The notes under the pieces were generated by a model, which was given only the letters and a program-made list of their open reading frames with translations, was not told the DNA's origin and ran no database searches. A program made the translations under genes and the position numbers. A stretch of DNA of 64,000 nt from an uncultured Thermotogae bacterium (GTDB lineage: Bacteria > Bipolaricaulota > Bipolaricaulia > UBA7950 > UBA9294), in contig CAZGXU010000003.1 of assembly GCA_964530075.1 (NCBI GenBank), positions 680 to 64,679 on the forward strand. The letters run 5' to 3'. Of this stretch, positions 25,477 to 34,844 are shown in pieces; within the stretch, counting starts at the first letter, position 1, and each line of letters starts with the position of its first letter.

Positions 25477-26235
25477 CTACCCCCTGTCGATGAGGTCGCC
25501 GAGCGGGAAGACCTCGATCACCGCGTTCGCCACGTGCTCGTTCGCCCGGATCGGGCTCATCCGCCAGTTCGTCGGACAGGTGGAGAGGACTTCCACGAGC
25601 GAGTACCCCTTCCCCTTCACCTGGTACTCGAACGCCTTCTTGATCGCCGCGGTCGCGTCGTGGATCCGCTTCGTGTCGTAGAGCGCCTGCCGGGTTACGT
25701 AGGCGGGCGCTTCGAGCTGAGCGATCATCTCCGAGAAGCGGATCGGATACCCGAAGAGCTTCGGGTCTCGGCCGTCCGGCGTGGTCGTCGTCTTCTGACC
25801 GATCAACGTCGTCGGGGCGAGCTCTCCGCCGGTCATCCCGTAGATTTGGTTGTTGACGAAGATGACGGTGATGTTCTCGCCGCGGTTCGCGGCGTGGATC
25901 GACTCCGCGGTCCCGATGCTGGCGAAGTCGCCGTCTCCCTGGTACGAGAAGACGATCAGATCGGGTCGAGCTCGCTTCACCCCCGTCGCCACTGCGCTCG
26001 CCCGTCCGTGCGCCACCTGGAGGGCGTCGCACCGGTACCAGAGGTAGGCGAAGACGGAGCAGCCGACCGGGGCGAGCCCGACCGTCCGCTCGGCGATGTC
26101 GAGCTCGTCGATCACCTGACCGATGATCCGCGTGATGATCCCGTGGTGGCAGCCCGGACAGTAGGTGAACCGCGCCTCGGTGAGGCTCCTCGGCCGTTCG
26201 AACACCTTGACCATGCCCGCGATGTCAGTCGGCAT
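25477..26235 (-). CDS. 2-oxoacid:ferredoxin oxidoreductase, beta (TPP-binding) subunit
   Basis: CPGCHHG and the GDGD TPP motif (SYQGDGDFASIG). Confidence 0.9.
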   Translation of the reverse strand: MPTDIAGMVKVFERPRSLTEARFTYCPGCHHGIITRIIGQVIDELDIAERTVGLAPVGCSVFAYLWYRCDALQVAHGRASAVATGVKRARPDLIVFSYQGDGDFASIGTAESIHAANRGENITVIFVNNQIYGMTGGELAPTTLIGQKTTTTPDGRDPKLFGYPIRFSEMIAQLEAPAYVTRQALYDTKRIHDATAAIKKAFEYQVKGKGYSLVEVLSTCPTNWRMSPIRANEHVANAVIEVFPLGDLIDRG

Positions 26236-27280
26236 GCTTCCTCACCTCGTTCAGGATACCGCGTGGGGTGGGGACGACGCCGCCGAGCTCGCCGTAGAAA
26301 GGGGTGGCGGCGCGTTCTGCGACGGCGAGTCGGACATCTTCCCACATCTGGCCAGCGCTCATCTCGACGGTCAGCACCGTGTCGACGCGGTCGGCCAGCC
26401 CGCGGAGCGGCTCGTACGGAAACGGCCAGAGCGTGATCGGTCGGAACAGGCCGAGCCGGATCCCCTCGGCGCGGGCCAACCGAACGACGCTCCTCGCAAT
26501 CCGAGCGATCGTCCCGTGCGCGGCGATGACGATGTCGGCGTCTTCGGTGTCGCTCTCCTCGTACCGGACCTCGTTCGCCTCGATCTCGCGGTACTTCTCC
26601 TGGAGGGCGAGGTTCATCTCCTTCAGTTTCTCCGGATCGAGGTCGAAGCTGAGGACGATGTTCGGATCGCGCCCCGCTGCACCGGTCGTCGCCCAGTCCT
26701 TCGTGGGGAGCCCGCCCGGGTCGACGGGGTCCGGGAGCTCGACCGGCTCCATCATCTGACCGAGCATCCCGTCGGCCAGGATCATCACCGGGATGCGGTA
26801 CTTGTCGGCGAGATCGAAGGCGAGCATCGTCAGCTCACCCGCCTCGGGGACCGTCGACGGGCCGAGGACGATCATCCGGTAGTCCCCGTGTCCGCCGCCC
26901 TTCGTCGCCTGGAAGTAGTCGCATTGTGACGGCGCGATGTTCCCAAGACCGGGTCCGCCACGGACGATGTTGACGATCACCGCGGGGAGATTCGAACCGG
27001 CGAGGTACGAGATCCCCTCCTGCTTCAGGCTGATTCCCGGCGAGGAGGACGACGTCATCGTGCGCACGCCGGTCGCCGCGGCGCCGTAGACCATGCTGAT
27101 CGCCGCGATCTCGCTCTCGGCCTGGATGAACGTCCGGCCGAGGCGGGGCATGTGCCGTGCCATGTGCTCGAGGAGCTCGGCCTGCGGAGTGATCGGATAG
27201 GCGAAGTAGCACTGGCAGCCGGCGCGGATCGCGGCCTCGGCGATCACCTCGTTTCCGCGTAGCAGGAGTCGTTCACCCAT
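26225..27280 (-). CDS. 2-oxoacid:ferredoxin oxidoreductase, alpha subunit
   Basis: LLRGNEVIAEAAIRAGCQCYFAYPITPQ, typical of the alpha N-terminus. Overlaps beta by 11 nt. Confidence 0.9.
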   Translation of the reverse strand: MGERLLLRGNEVIAEAAIRAGCQCYFAYPITPQAELLEHMARHMPRLGRTFIQAESEIAAISMVYGAAATGVRTMTSSSSPGISLKQEGISYLAGSNLPAVIVNIVRGGPGLGNIAPSQCDYFQATKGGGHGDYRMIVLGPSTVPEAGELTMLAFDLADKYRIPVMILADGMLGQMMEPVELPDPVDPGGLPTKDWATTGAAGRDPNIVLSFDLDPEKLKEMNLALQEKYREIEANEVRYEESDTEDADIVIAAHGTIARIARSVVRLARAEGIRLGLFRPITLWPFPYEPLRGLADRVDTVLTVEMSAGQMWEDVRLAVAERAATPFYGELGGVVPTPRGILNEVRKHAD

Positions 27281-27289
27281 TTCCCCTCC

Positions 27290-27514
27290 TTAGGTCGGGA
27301 CCTTCTCTCGGTAGACCTCGATGGCGATGTCTGGGCAGGTCATCGCGCAGAACGCGCATCCGATGCAGGCATCGGGGTGCTCCATGTGAGCGACGTTGTA
27401 TCCGCTCTTGTTCAGCCTCCCGGAAAACGCGAGGACCTGCTGGGGGCACGCGGCGATGCAGAGCCCGCATCCTTTGCATCGTTCGGCATCGATGACGACC
27501 GCTCCTCTTGACAT
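27290..27514 (-). CDS. 2-oxoacid:ferredoxin oxidoreductase, delta subunit (2x[4Fe-4S] ferredoxin)
   Basis: ATG 27514 (AGGGGAGG upstream). 74 aa with CKGCGLCIAACP and CIGCAFCAMTCP. Confidence 0.9.
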   Translation of the reverse strand: MSRGAVVIDAERCKGCGLCIAACPQQVLAFSGRLNKSGYNVAHMEHPDACIGCAFCAMTCPDIAIEVYREKVPT

Positions 27515-27527
27515 GAGGGCCTCCCCT

Positions 27528-27983
27528 CTACGAGCCGTTGTAGAATTCCTCGTCCAGCCGCTTCGCCCGGTTCTTGCGGAAACGGCCGAGGCTCCTCTCG
27601 ACGCGGTCGATCCAGTCTCGAATCTGCTCCTCGCCGAGGTAGACGCGCTCGGCGGGACGGGCGGAATTCGCTGGGGGATGGTTGGCCAGCGCGTCATGCA
27701 GCCGGACGACCTCGCGATCGAACGGTTCCTGTGTAGTGGGGGCGTCCCGGCTCTCCGCGAAGGCGAGCGTCGGCGAACCGGCGGAGTCGCTCGCGACGAT
27801 GCGAAACGTCGCGCGGCGACCGACTCGAATCGCGTCGACTTCCACGCCCTCAGGCGGGCGCATGTAGCCGGTCCCCCCCGATTCCAATCGGACTCGGATT
27901 CGCGTCTCCTCGACACCAACGATCTCGCCTTGAACGAACTCAGGAGCCTCGTTCGAGACCGGGTTCACCGCGTTCTCGGGCAT
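27528..27983 (-). CDS. Hypothetical protein with an N-terminal S1/OB-like segment
   Basis: 151-aa ORF heading the OFOR operon. GEIVGVEETRIRVRLESGGTGYM resembles an S1 beta-barrel strand pattern. The rest is unassignable. Confidence 0.6.
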   Translation of the reverse strand: MPENAVNPVSNEAPEFVQGEIVGVEETRIRVRLESGGTGYMRPPEGVEVDAIRVGRRATFRIVASDSAGSPTLAFAESRDAPTTQEPFDREVVRLHDALANHPPANSARPAERVYLGEEQIRDWIDRVERSLGRFRKNRAKRLDEEFYNGS

Positions 27984-28020
27984 GGCCGGCTACGTCGCTC
28001 CAATCCACGGGCGCGGTCGA

Positions 28021-28212
28021 TCACGCCGCCTTGACGACCCGACCCGATTTGATGCATCGAGTGCATGCGCGGATCCACTTCTTCTTTCCCCCGACGATGG
28101 CGTGAACGCGCTGGATGTTCGGCGCGCGCACCCGTCGAGTGTGGCGATTCGAATGGCTCACCGTGTTCCCAGCGGCCGGTTTCTTGCCGCAGACCTCGCA
28201 GATTCTTGACAT
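28021..28212 (-). CDS. rpmB: 50S ribosomal protein L28
   Basis: MSRICEVCGKKPAAGNTVSHSNRHTRRVRAPNIQ. Confidence 0.95.
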   Translation of the reverse strand: MSRICEVCGKKPAAGNTVSHSNRHTRRVRAPNIQRVHAIVGGKKKWIRACTRCIKSGRVVKAA

Positions 28213-28237
28213 GGTTCCTTCCCCTCGGTATCCCTCC

Positions 28238-28882
28238 TCATGCGAGGAGGGGCTCTACGTACAGCGGCTCGACCTCGTACAGCCGGTCGGCCGGTTCTTC
28301 GTTCCAACCGAGCTTCGCGATCGACAACGGAGAGGGCCGGTTGGCCTCCTCCGGCGCGACCCGGATCATCGGATGCCCCCGGAGCGCCTCCCCGATCTCC
28401 GGTGCCCCGCTCCCGACAAGGGTCACCGGGCGTACCTCGCTGCGCAAGGCCCCCAGCAAGTCCGGTCGGCGCATCAGCGCCATCGGCTTTCGCACACGCG
28501 AGCCGCTGAAGGACTGCACGTAGTACAGCCCACGTCGGCTCGCCACGATCACACAGACCCGCTTGGCATCGGCGACCCGCGCACGGTACGCGTCCGCGCC
28601 ATCGACGCCGACCAGTGCGGCACCGACGGCCTGACAGAAACCCGCGGCCGCAGCGAGGCCGATCCGCAGACCGGTGAACGACCCGGGCCCTCGGTTGATA
28701 CACACCAACCCGAGTTGGTCCCTTCGCACGCCGTTCCCGTCGAGAATCTCCGTGGTCAATGGGAGCAGCCGTTCGGCATGTCGAAGCGGCTCCTCCATCC
28801 ACCGTTCGTCGGCCAGTCCGCGTCCGTCGTAGAGGGCCACGCCGCCGAGCGGCTCGGATGTGTCGACTCCCAACGCCAACAT
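28238..28882 (-). CDS. tsaB: tRNA t6A37 biosynthesis protein TsaB (YeaZ)
   Basis: Start reassigned to ATG 28882. MLALGVDTSEPLGGVAL...NRGPGSFTGLRIGLAAA. Confidence 0.85.
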   Translation of the reverse strand: MLALGVDTSEPLGGVALYDGRGLADERWMEEPLRHAERLLPLTTEILDGNGVRRDQLGLVCINRGPGSFTGLRIGLAAAAGFCQAVGAALVGVDGADAYRARVADAKRVCVIVASRRGLYYVQSFSGSRVRKPMALMRRPDLLGALRSEVRPVTLVGSGAPEIGEALRGHPMIRVAPEEANRPSPLSIAKLGWNEEPADRLYEVEPLYVEPLLA

Positions 28883-28916
28883 GCCGGACAGATGGTAGGT
28901 GAGGGAAGTCCCCTTT

Positions 28917-29852
28917 TCAACCGTCGATCGGCGTGGAGGGCTCGGGGAAGTGGGCGAAGATCTCGTTGGCACGGTCGACGTCCCGCTCGATCTGACGTCG
29001 CAGTGCCTCGAGGGACGCGAAGGCCCGATCCCGTCGTAGACGCTCCAGCAGATGGATCTCGATTCGTCCGCCGAGCAGGTCGCCCTCCGGCGGGGTGAGC
29101 AGGTGCACTTCGCAGCGAAGCTCTCCTCCTTCGCTCCCGAGCGTCGGGCGCGCCCCGACGTAGAAGAGGGCGGGATGAGGCCTAGGATCGGGAAGGTGAG
29201 CGATAAAGGCGCGGACGGCGTAAACGCCGTGGCCCGGGAGAAGGACGTGCGGGTCGACCGCGAGATTCGCCGTCGGATATCCGAGGGTCCGACCGACCCG
29301 GTCGCCGGCCGTCACGTCGCCGATGAGAACGGGCGGACGGCCGAGAAGCGCGGCGGCGCCCGCAACGTCACCGGCGGAGAGGAGCGAACGGATCCGCGTG
29401 CTGTTGACCGGATTTCCGCCGACGAGGATCGGCGGGACGACGGTGACGGAGAACCCGAAGCGCTCGCCGAGGGACCGAAGGATCTTCGGGTCGCCGGCAC
29501 GCCGGGCACCGAAGCGGAACGACGCCCCGACGACGACGGCCTCCGCGTGCAGCCGCCCGCCGAGGATCCCCTCGGCGAACTGCTTCGGGGAGAGGTCGCG
29601 GATCTCGTGAAACGGGGCGCGGATGACCCGATCGACCGCCCGGAGGAGAAGGTGGACCTTGGTCGACTCCGGGAGGAGGAGGTTTCGCCCGGGGCCGTCC
29701 TCCGCGTGCAGCCGCGGCGGAACGCCGAACGCGTACGCGGCGCTCGCGATGCGGCGATCCTCGGCCTGACGCCGGACCTCGGCCAGGACCGCTTGGTGCC
29801 CGAGGTGGACGCCGTCGAACGTTCCGATGCTGACTGCCGTCGCGTCTGCCAT
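28917..29852 (-). CDS. ribF: Bifunctional riboflavin kinase / FAD synthetase
   Basis: ATG 29852 lies inside the long ORF 28917..31289. [18 protein letters not shown] and the RFK domain GYPTANL...GVYAV are present. Confidence 0.9.
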   Translation of the reverse strand: MADATAVSIGTFDGVHLGHQAVLAEVRRQAEDRRIASAAYAFGVPPRLHAEDGPGRNLLLPESTKVHLLLRAVDRVIRAPFHEIRDLSPKQFAEGILGGRLHAEAVVVGASFRFGARRAGDPKILRSLGERFGFSVTVVPPILVGGNPVNSTRIRSLLSAGDVAGAAALLGRPPVLIGDVTAGDRVGRTLGYPTANLAVDPHVLLPGHGVYAVRAFIAHLPDPRPHPALFYVGARPTLGSEGGELRCEVHLLTPPEGDLLGGRIEIHLLERLRRDRAFASLEALRRQIERDVDRANEIFAHFPEPSTPIDG

Positions 29853-29951
29853 GGTCGCTTCGCCGCGGATGGTATCCGATCGCCGCGGATCGAGACAGGG
29901 AGCACGGCACGGGTTGGAGGGCGTCCGAGCGACCGGTACAATCGGACCGAC

Positions 29952-30959
29952 ATGAGGTCGGAACGGATCGCGGGAGCTCGGTTGGAGGAGGACGACGCGA
30001 CGCTCCTCAATCTGCGCCCCACGACGCTCGACGAGTACATCAACCAGCGCGAGATCAAGGAGAAGCTCCGGATCTACATCGCCGCGGCGAGAAAACGCGG
30101 GGAGTCGCTCGATCACGTTCTGTTGCACGGGCCGCCGGGGCTCGGGAAGACGACGCTCGCTCAGATCATCGCGGCGGAGATGGGGGTCGACATCCGGATC
30201 AGTTCCGGCCCGGCGATCGAGAAGGCGGGAGACCTGGCCGCGATCCTCACGAACCTTCATCCGCACGACGTCTTCTTCATCGACGAGGTTCACCGGCTCC
30301 GGCGCAACGTCGAGGAGATCCTCTATCCGGCGATGGAGGACTACAAGATCGACATCATCCTCGGGGAAGGGCCGAACGCTCAGTCGCTCCGGATCGATCT
30401 CCCTCCGTTCACCCTGGTCGGGGCGACGACGAGGGCCGGGCTCATCTCGGCCCCGATGCGCGATCGCTTCGAGGTCAAGTTCCGAGTTGGGTTCTACTCG
30501 GTCGAGGATCTCAAGACGGTCGTCATCCGGACCGGCAGCATTCTCGGAATCGAGGTGTCGGACGACGGAGCGGAGGAACTCGCCAAGCGCGCCCGCGGTA
30601 CACCGAGGATCGCCAACCGGCTCCTCCGTCGGACCCGCGACTACGCTGAAGTCAAAGGAAAGGGGACGATCGACGCCGAGATCGCGCGACGGTCCCTGGA
30701 GATGCTGCGGATCGACGAGCGGGGCCTCGACGAGCTCGATCGCGCCGTCCTCGTGGCGTTGGTCGACAAGTTCTCCGGCGGACCGGTCGGGCTCGACACG
30801 CTCGCTGCGGCGTTGTCGGAGGAGAGGGACACCATCACCGACATCGTCGAGCCGTTCCTCCTGCAGGAAGGGCTGATCCAGCGGACGCCGCAGGGGCGAA
30901 TCGCCACCGAGCGCGCGCTGGCCTACCTCGGGCAGGCGGGGCCCGATCGGCTCTTCTAG
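29952..30959 (+). CDS. ruvB: Holliday junction branch-migration helicase RuvB
   Basis: ATG 29952. [12 protein letters not shown], Walker [16 protein letters not shown] and [12 protein letters not shown]. Confidence 0.95.
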   Translation: MRSERIAGARLEEDDATLLNLRPTTLDEYINQREIKEKLRIYIAAARKRGESLDHVLLHGPPGLGKTTLAQIIAAEMGVDIRISSGPAIEKAGDLAAILTNLHPHDVFFIDEVHRLRRNVEEILYPAMEDYKIDIILGEGPNAQSLRIDLPPFTLVGATTRAGLISAPMRDRFEVKFRVGFYSVEDLKTVVIRTGSILGIEVSDDGAEELAKRARGTPRIANRLLRRTRDYAEVKGKGTIDAEIARRSLEMLRIDERGLDELDRAVLVALVDKFSGGPVGLDTLAAALSEERDTITDIVEPFLLQEGLIQRTPQGRIATERALAYLGQAGPDRLF

Positions 30960-31477
30960 CGCCGGGACAGGTTCCTCGCGTTGTGGATGAACTCGCGCAC
31001 GACCCCCGAGAACCGACGCCAGTCGAAGACGAGCGCCGTCGCGATCCATCCGCCGTACCAGATCAGCGCGTGCGGGGCGGCGAAGTAGGCGACGATCAGC
31101 GGGAGGGCGACGACCGGTGCCGCGAACGACATCGTCACCATCTTCGAGCGGAAGTAGGCGATGAACGCGGCGGCGATGATTACATAGACGATCGCCGGGA
31201 CGAACGGGATGAACCCGGACAGGACGAGATAGCAGAGAGCGGAGAAGACCATCGCCATGTCGAAGGCGAACTCCTTCTCTCCGACCCACGTCGATGCCTT
31301 GTGGTACTTCCGCGCCAGCCGCCCGTCGAGGATGTCGGTCGTCCAGCCGAGCATCGTCAGGAGGATGACCGCCTCCAGGGCGCCCTCTCCCACGAATCCG
31401 AGGGAAAAGATCGCTGCGGCGATCAAACCACGCGACAACGTCAACAGGTCGGGAATCCTTTCCACCAGCCTCACCAA
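30956..31477 (-). CDS. CDP-alcohol phosphatidyltransferase-family membrane protein
   Basis: 173 aa, multiple TM segments, [10 protein letters not shown] motif. The TTG start at 31477 lies only 6 nt after a TAGAAT -10. Confidence 0.75.
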   Translation of the reverse strand: MVRLVERIPDLLTLSRGLIAAAIFSLGFVGEGALEAVILLTMLGWTTDILDGRLARKYHKASTWVGEKEFAFDMAMVFSALCYLVLSGFIPFVPAIVYVIIAAAFIAYFRSKMVTMSFAAPVVALPLIVAYFAAPHALIWYGGWIATALVFDWRRFSGVVREFIHNARNLSRR

Positions 31478-31483
31478 GCGTCC

Positions 31484-31512
31484 ATTCTAGTTGGACCGGA
31501 CCTGCATGCCAA
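31484..31512 (-). promoter_or_regulatory. Promoter TTGGCA-17-TAGAAT placed for a leaderless transcript of the CDP-alcohol phosphatidyltransferase gene
   Basis: The reverse complement reads TTGGCA tgcaggtccggtccaac TAGAAT ggacgc TTG GTG. Confidence 0.5.
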
Positions 31513-31569
31513 ATTCGCGCGAGGATCGCGACCGGGTCGCGGCGTCGAGCTCCAACCTTCCCGGCGGAG

Positions 31570-31701
31570 TCAGGCGCCCCCCTTCTCCGACGGCCGCAAC
31601 CCCGGCGGCGGGCCGAGGATCTCGTGGAGGAGGACCGCCGAGCGCGGGTCCTCCTTCACGAGCTTCCTGAGGCGCCCGAGCGGTGAGTTCGGGGCGTTCA
31701 T
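31570..31701 (-). CDS. Small ORF (43 aa) immediately following floA (TAG-ATG junction)
   Basis: My own translation: MNAPNSPLGRLRKLVKEDPRSAVLLHEILGPPPGLRPSEKGGA. 42 of 43 third codon positions are G/C by hand count, as in genuine genes here. It falls below the ORF-track size cut-off. Confidence 0.45.
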   Translation of the reverse strand: MNAPNSPLGRLRKLVKEDPRSAVLLHEILGPPPGLRPSEKGGA

Positions 31702-32694
31702 CTACTCTCCCTCGATCCGGCCCTGGGACGGGGACTGATCGTCGGCGGCGAACCCCTCGCGCATCCTCGTGTCGGCCTGGACGTTCTTCATCCGGTAGTA
31801 GTCCATGATCCCGAGGTTCCCCTCGCGGAACGCCTCGGCCATCGCGCGCGGGATCTCGGCCTCCGCCTCGACGACCGCAGCGCGGCGCTCCTGGACGAGC
31901 GCCGTCATCTCCTGCTCGCGCGCGACGGCCATCGCGCGGCGCTCCTCGGCCTTGGCGCGCGCGACCTTCAGGTCGGCCTCGGCCTGGTCCGTCTGCAGCT
32001 GCGCGCCGATGTTCTTGCCGACGTCGACGTCGGCGATGTCGATCGAGAGGAGCTCGAACGCCGTTCCGGCGTCGAGGCCCTTCTCCAGCACCAGCTTTGA
32101 GATCTTGTCGGGATTCTCGAGGACCTCCTTGTGCGATTCGGCCGAGCCGATGGCCGAGACGATCCCCTCGCCGACGCGGGCGATGATCGTCTCCTCGGTC
32201 GCTCCGCCGACGAGGCGATCGATGTTCGCGCGCACGGTCACCTTGGCGATCGCGAACAGCTGGATCCCGTTCGCGGCGACGGCGCCGACCTTCGGGGTCT
32301 CGATCACGCGCGGGTTGACCGACATTGCCACGGCATCAAGAACATCGCGTCCGGCGAGGTCGATCGCCGCGGCGCGCTGGAAGTCGAGGACGATGTTCGC
32401 CTTGTCGGCGCTGATCAGGGCGCGCGCCACGCGGTCCACGTTTCCCCCGGCGAGGTAGTGCGCCTCCAACTCCGATATCGCGAGCTTCAATCCCGCCTTC
32501 CACGCGGCGATCATTGGGAGGATCACGCGATGCGGATTGACCTTTCGCAGCCGCATCCCGACCAACGTCATCGGGCCGACCGGAACGCCAGCGGCGAGGG
32601 CGGAGATCCAGAGTCCCATCGGAACGAAGTAGAAGAACAGCCACAAGACCACCAGCGCGGCCGCTGCCAACACGATGTAGCCGACCATGCTCAC
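31702..32694 (-). CDS. floA: Flotillin-like protein FloA (YqfA/UPF0365, SPFH domain)
   Basis: 330 aa. N-terminal TM segment, LRKVNPHRV...[15 protein letters not shown]...[16 protein letters not shown] and the EA-rich coiled coil typical of FloA. Confidence 0.9.
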   Translation of the reverse strand: MSMVGYIVLAAAALVVLWLFFYFVPMGLWISALAAGVPVGPMTLVGMRLRKVNPHRVILPMIAAWKAGLKLAISELEAHYLAGGNVDRVARALISADKANIVLDFQRAAAIDLAGRDVLDAVAMSVNPRVIETPKVGAVAANGIQLFAIAKVTVRANIDRLVGGATEETIIARVGEGIVSAIGSAESHKEVLENPDKISKLVLEKGLDAGTAFELLSIDIADVDVGKNIGAQLQTDQAEADLKVARAKAEERRAMAVAREQEMTALVQERRAAVVEAEAEIPRAMAEAFREGNLGIMDYYRMKNVQADTRMREGFAADDQSPSQGRIEGE

Positions 32695-34037
32695 CCCTCC
32701 TTTTCTTCTTTGACGACCTTGCGATAGCGGTCATCCCGGATCACGACGATCGGGCTTCCTTTCGGGAGGAAGCCCTCCTCGCAGACGACGTCGATTCGCT
32801 CTTCATCGAAGATCGCGCTGCCGATCGGCCGCAGGTCGGTCGCGGCGACGCCTCGGCGGCCGACCCAGTCGCTCGGCGGAACCTGAGGCCCTTCCGTCTT
32901 CTCGTGGGATCGTCCGGTGATCGCCGATGAGAGGATGATCCCACCAAGACGAAGACGGGTCCGCGGGAGCCGGGCCAACAGCACGATCGCTGCGACGACG
33001 GAGGCGATCAGTCCGCCGGAGACGATCGCGATCGCTTGCACCACTTGCTCGCGCGCGGCGAACGGACCGACCATGGCGGTGTAGAACCCAAGCCCGATCA
33101 GGATCAGGCCGAGCAACCCGGTTATGCCGAAGTCGACGGCGGTAAATGCGAAGATCTCCAGGATCACCGCGACGATTCCGCCGAGCAGGAACGCGATCGA
33201 CTCCCAGCCAGCGAGGCCGACGAGGAAGTGCGTCCAGAAGAAGGCGCCGAGGCAGACGATTCCGATGAGGCCGGGAATCCCGAAGCCGGGGACGAGCATC
33301 TCGACGATCAGCCCCAGAAGGCCGGCGGTGACCAACAGCCCGACGGCCACCGGGGATGTCAGCGCCTCGACGAGCCCGTCGATCCAGCGGACCTCGAACG
33401 CGACGGGTTCGCCGTAGCCTCGCTCGGCCAGCCACGGCTCGATCGACTCGACCTCTCCGTCGGAGTAGCCCCACTCGGCCGCCTCGCCGGCGGTCAGCGT
33501 CAGCAGCTTGCCCGCCTCGACCAGCCCGGGGATCGAGACGTCGCGGTCGACCATCGCTTCGGCGACTTCGGGCGGACGTCCGCGGCTCTCCGCCGTGGCG
33601 GCGAACAGCTTCCGGGTCGCGCTGATCACCTTCTCCGGAGCCTCGCGGATGTCCTGCCCGACGACGGTCACCGGGGTCGCCGCCCCCATGACGCCGCCGG
33701 GTGAAAAGAGGATCGTCTCGCAGGCGATCGCGATCGCGGCGCCGGCGGAGAACGCCTCGCGTGCCACATACGCGACGGTCGGGATCGTCGCGTCGAGGAC
33801 GATGTCCCTCGATTCGACCGCGGCGTCGAGGTACCCGCCGGGCGTCGCGAGGACGAGGACGACGGCGGCGGCCCCCGCGTCGGTCGCCTCCTGGACGCCC
33901 CGTCGTAGGTACGTCACCGTCCCCGAGTTGATCTCCCCGTCGATCGTGAGGATCCACGCCTCCCCTTCGGCGATCACCGCGAACGCGAAGAGGGAGCAGA
34001 GGCAGAGAATCCCGATCGCCCAGCCGCCGCGTTTCAT
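32691..34037 (-). CDS. NfeD-family membrane-bound serine protease (ClpP-like domain plus TM bundle plus C-terminal OB)
   Basis: 448 aa. Signal peptide, ClpP-class domain ([13 protein letters not shown]), 4-5 TM helices and the C-terminal NfeD beta-barrel. Overlaps floA by 4 nt, the classical NfeD-FloA pair. Confidence 0.9.
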   Translation of the reverse strand: MKRGGWAIGILCLCSLFAFAVIAEGEAWILTIDGEINSGTVTYLRRGVQEATDAGAAAVVLVLATPGGYLDAAVESRDIVLDATIPTVAYVAREAFSAGAAIAIACETILFSPGGVMGAATPVTVVGQDIREAPEKVISATRKLFAATAESRGRPPEVAEAMVDRDVSIPGLVEAGKLLTLTAGEAAEWGYSDGEVESIEPWLAERGYGEPVAFEVRWIDGLVEALTSPVAVGLLVTAGLLGLIVEMLVPGFGIPGLIGIVCLGAFFWTHFLVGLAGWESIAFLLGGIVAVILEIFAFTAVDFGITGLLGLILIGLGFYTAMVGPFAAREQVVQAIAIVSGGLIASVVAAIVLLARLPRTRLRLGGIILSSAITGRSHEKTEGPQVPPSDWVGRRGVAATDLRPIGSAIFDEERIDVVCEEGFLPKGSPIVVIRDDRYRKVVKEEKEG

Positions 34038-34091
34038 GCATCGAGTCTATGTTGACATGAGGGGTTGCTGCAAGTTCGCGGTGAGACGCGA

Positions 34092-34120
34092 TTGGCTTCG
34101 ATTCTCCTCAGAGCTAGAAT
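34092..34120 (+). promoter_or_regulatory. Putative promoter TTGGCT-17-TAGAAT
   Basis: Read directly, 73 nt upstream of ATG 34193. Confidence 0.4.
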
Positions 34121-34192
34121 GGATCGAAACGGTGGGACTCCGCACGAATCCGGAGGGCGCGGAGAGGGCGAGGGGCAGAAGGGAGGTTGGGG

Positions 34193-34774
34193 ATGAAGAA
34201 CGCGCTTCTCCTGTTGTCGATTTGGGTTGGGATCATCGTCGCGGCGTACGCGATGGTCTACTGGGACCGAGGCGGTGAGCCGCCGCTTCCGGCTTCCGTT
34301 CTCGAGCCGGCGGACTCCGCGTACGTCGATCCGGAGGGCCGATTCAGCCTGGTCGTTCCTGCCGGCTGGGATCTCGACGAAGCGGACGCGCACGTCCTCC
34401 TCACCGATCCGTCGGGAGAGGTCGAGGTGACGGTCCTCGCCGTGGAGGAACCGATTCCGGAAGCGGCCCTCGTCCGCGCGCTGGGGATCGTCTGTTCCGA
34501 CGAGGAATCCGGAGCGATTCCGGTCGAGGAGATCCCGTCGGCAGGCGCTTCCGAACGGGCGGTACGGATCACCGGCCCGGCGAGCGACGGCGAGTCGAGC
34601 TACGGGCTCGCGTACCTCTATGGAGGGGAGACGGTCGTCATCCTGGTGCGCGGGGACCCGAGGGCCCTGGAGAGCCGCGCCGAGGACCTCGCGAGGATCG
34701 GTGCCGGGATCTCGGTCCCGGCCGGCGCGGAGACGGCGCCCTCAGGGGAGGTCGCGCCGGTCGTCGAGCTGTAG
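34193..34774 (+). CDS. Hypothetical membrane-anchored protein
   Basis: ATG 34193 (GGGAGG 6 nt upstream). One N-terminal TM helix (ALLLLSIWVGIIVAAYAMVYW), then an acidic extracytoplasmic domain with no motif I recognise. Confidence 0.7.
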   Translation: MKNALLLLSIWVGIIVAAYAMVYWDRGGEPPLPASVLEPADSAYVDPEGRFSLVVPAGWDLDEADAHVLLTDPSGEVEVTVLAVEEPIPEAALVRALGIVCSDEESGAIPVEEIPSAGASERAVRITGPASDGESSYGLAYLYGGETVVILVRGDPRALESRAEDLARIGAGISVPAGAETAPSGEVAPVVEL

Positions 34775-34793
34775 GCTTCACAAGCAAAAACGA

Positions 34794-34832
34794 GGGCGGA
34801 GGCGGGCACCGACGAAGCGCCCGCCTCCGCCC
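34794..34832 (-). terminator. Intrinsic terminator of the tldD-pmbA operon (also a hairpin barrier for the convergent + gene)
   Basis: Perfect 14-bp stem GGGCGGAGGCGGGC / GCCCGCCTCCGCCC with an 11-nt loop. On the minus strand it is followed by TTTTT (complement of AAAAA at 34786-34790). Confidence 0.75.
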
Positions 34833-34844
34833 CGACGGGCCTGA

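Noticed and set aside
28917-31289. 790-aa minus-strand ORF suggesting a giant RibF fusion
   Set aside because: Only the C-terminal 311 residues (from ATG 29852) are RibF. The upstream part lies antisense to ruvB, which has perfect Walker and RuvB motifs on the + strand.
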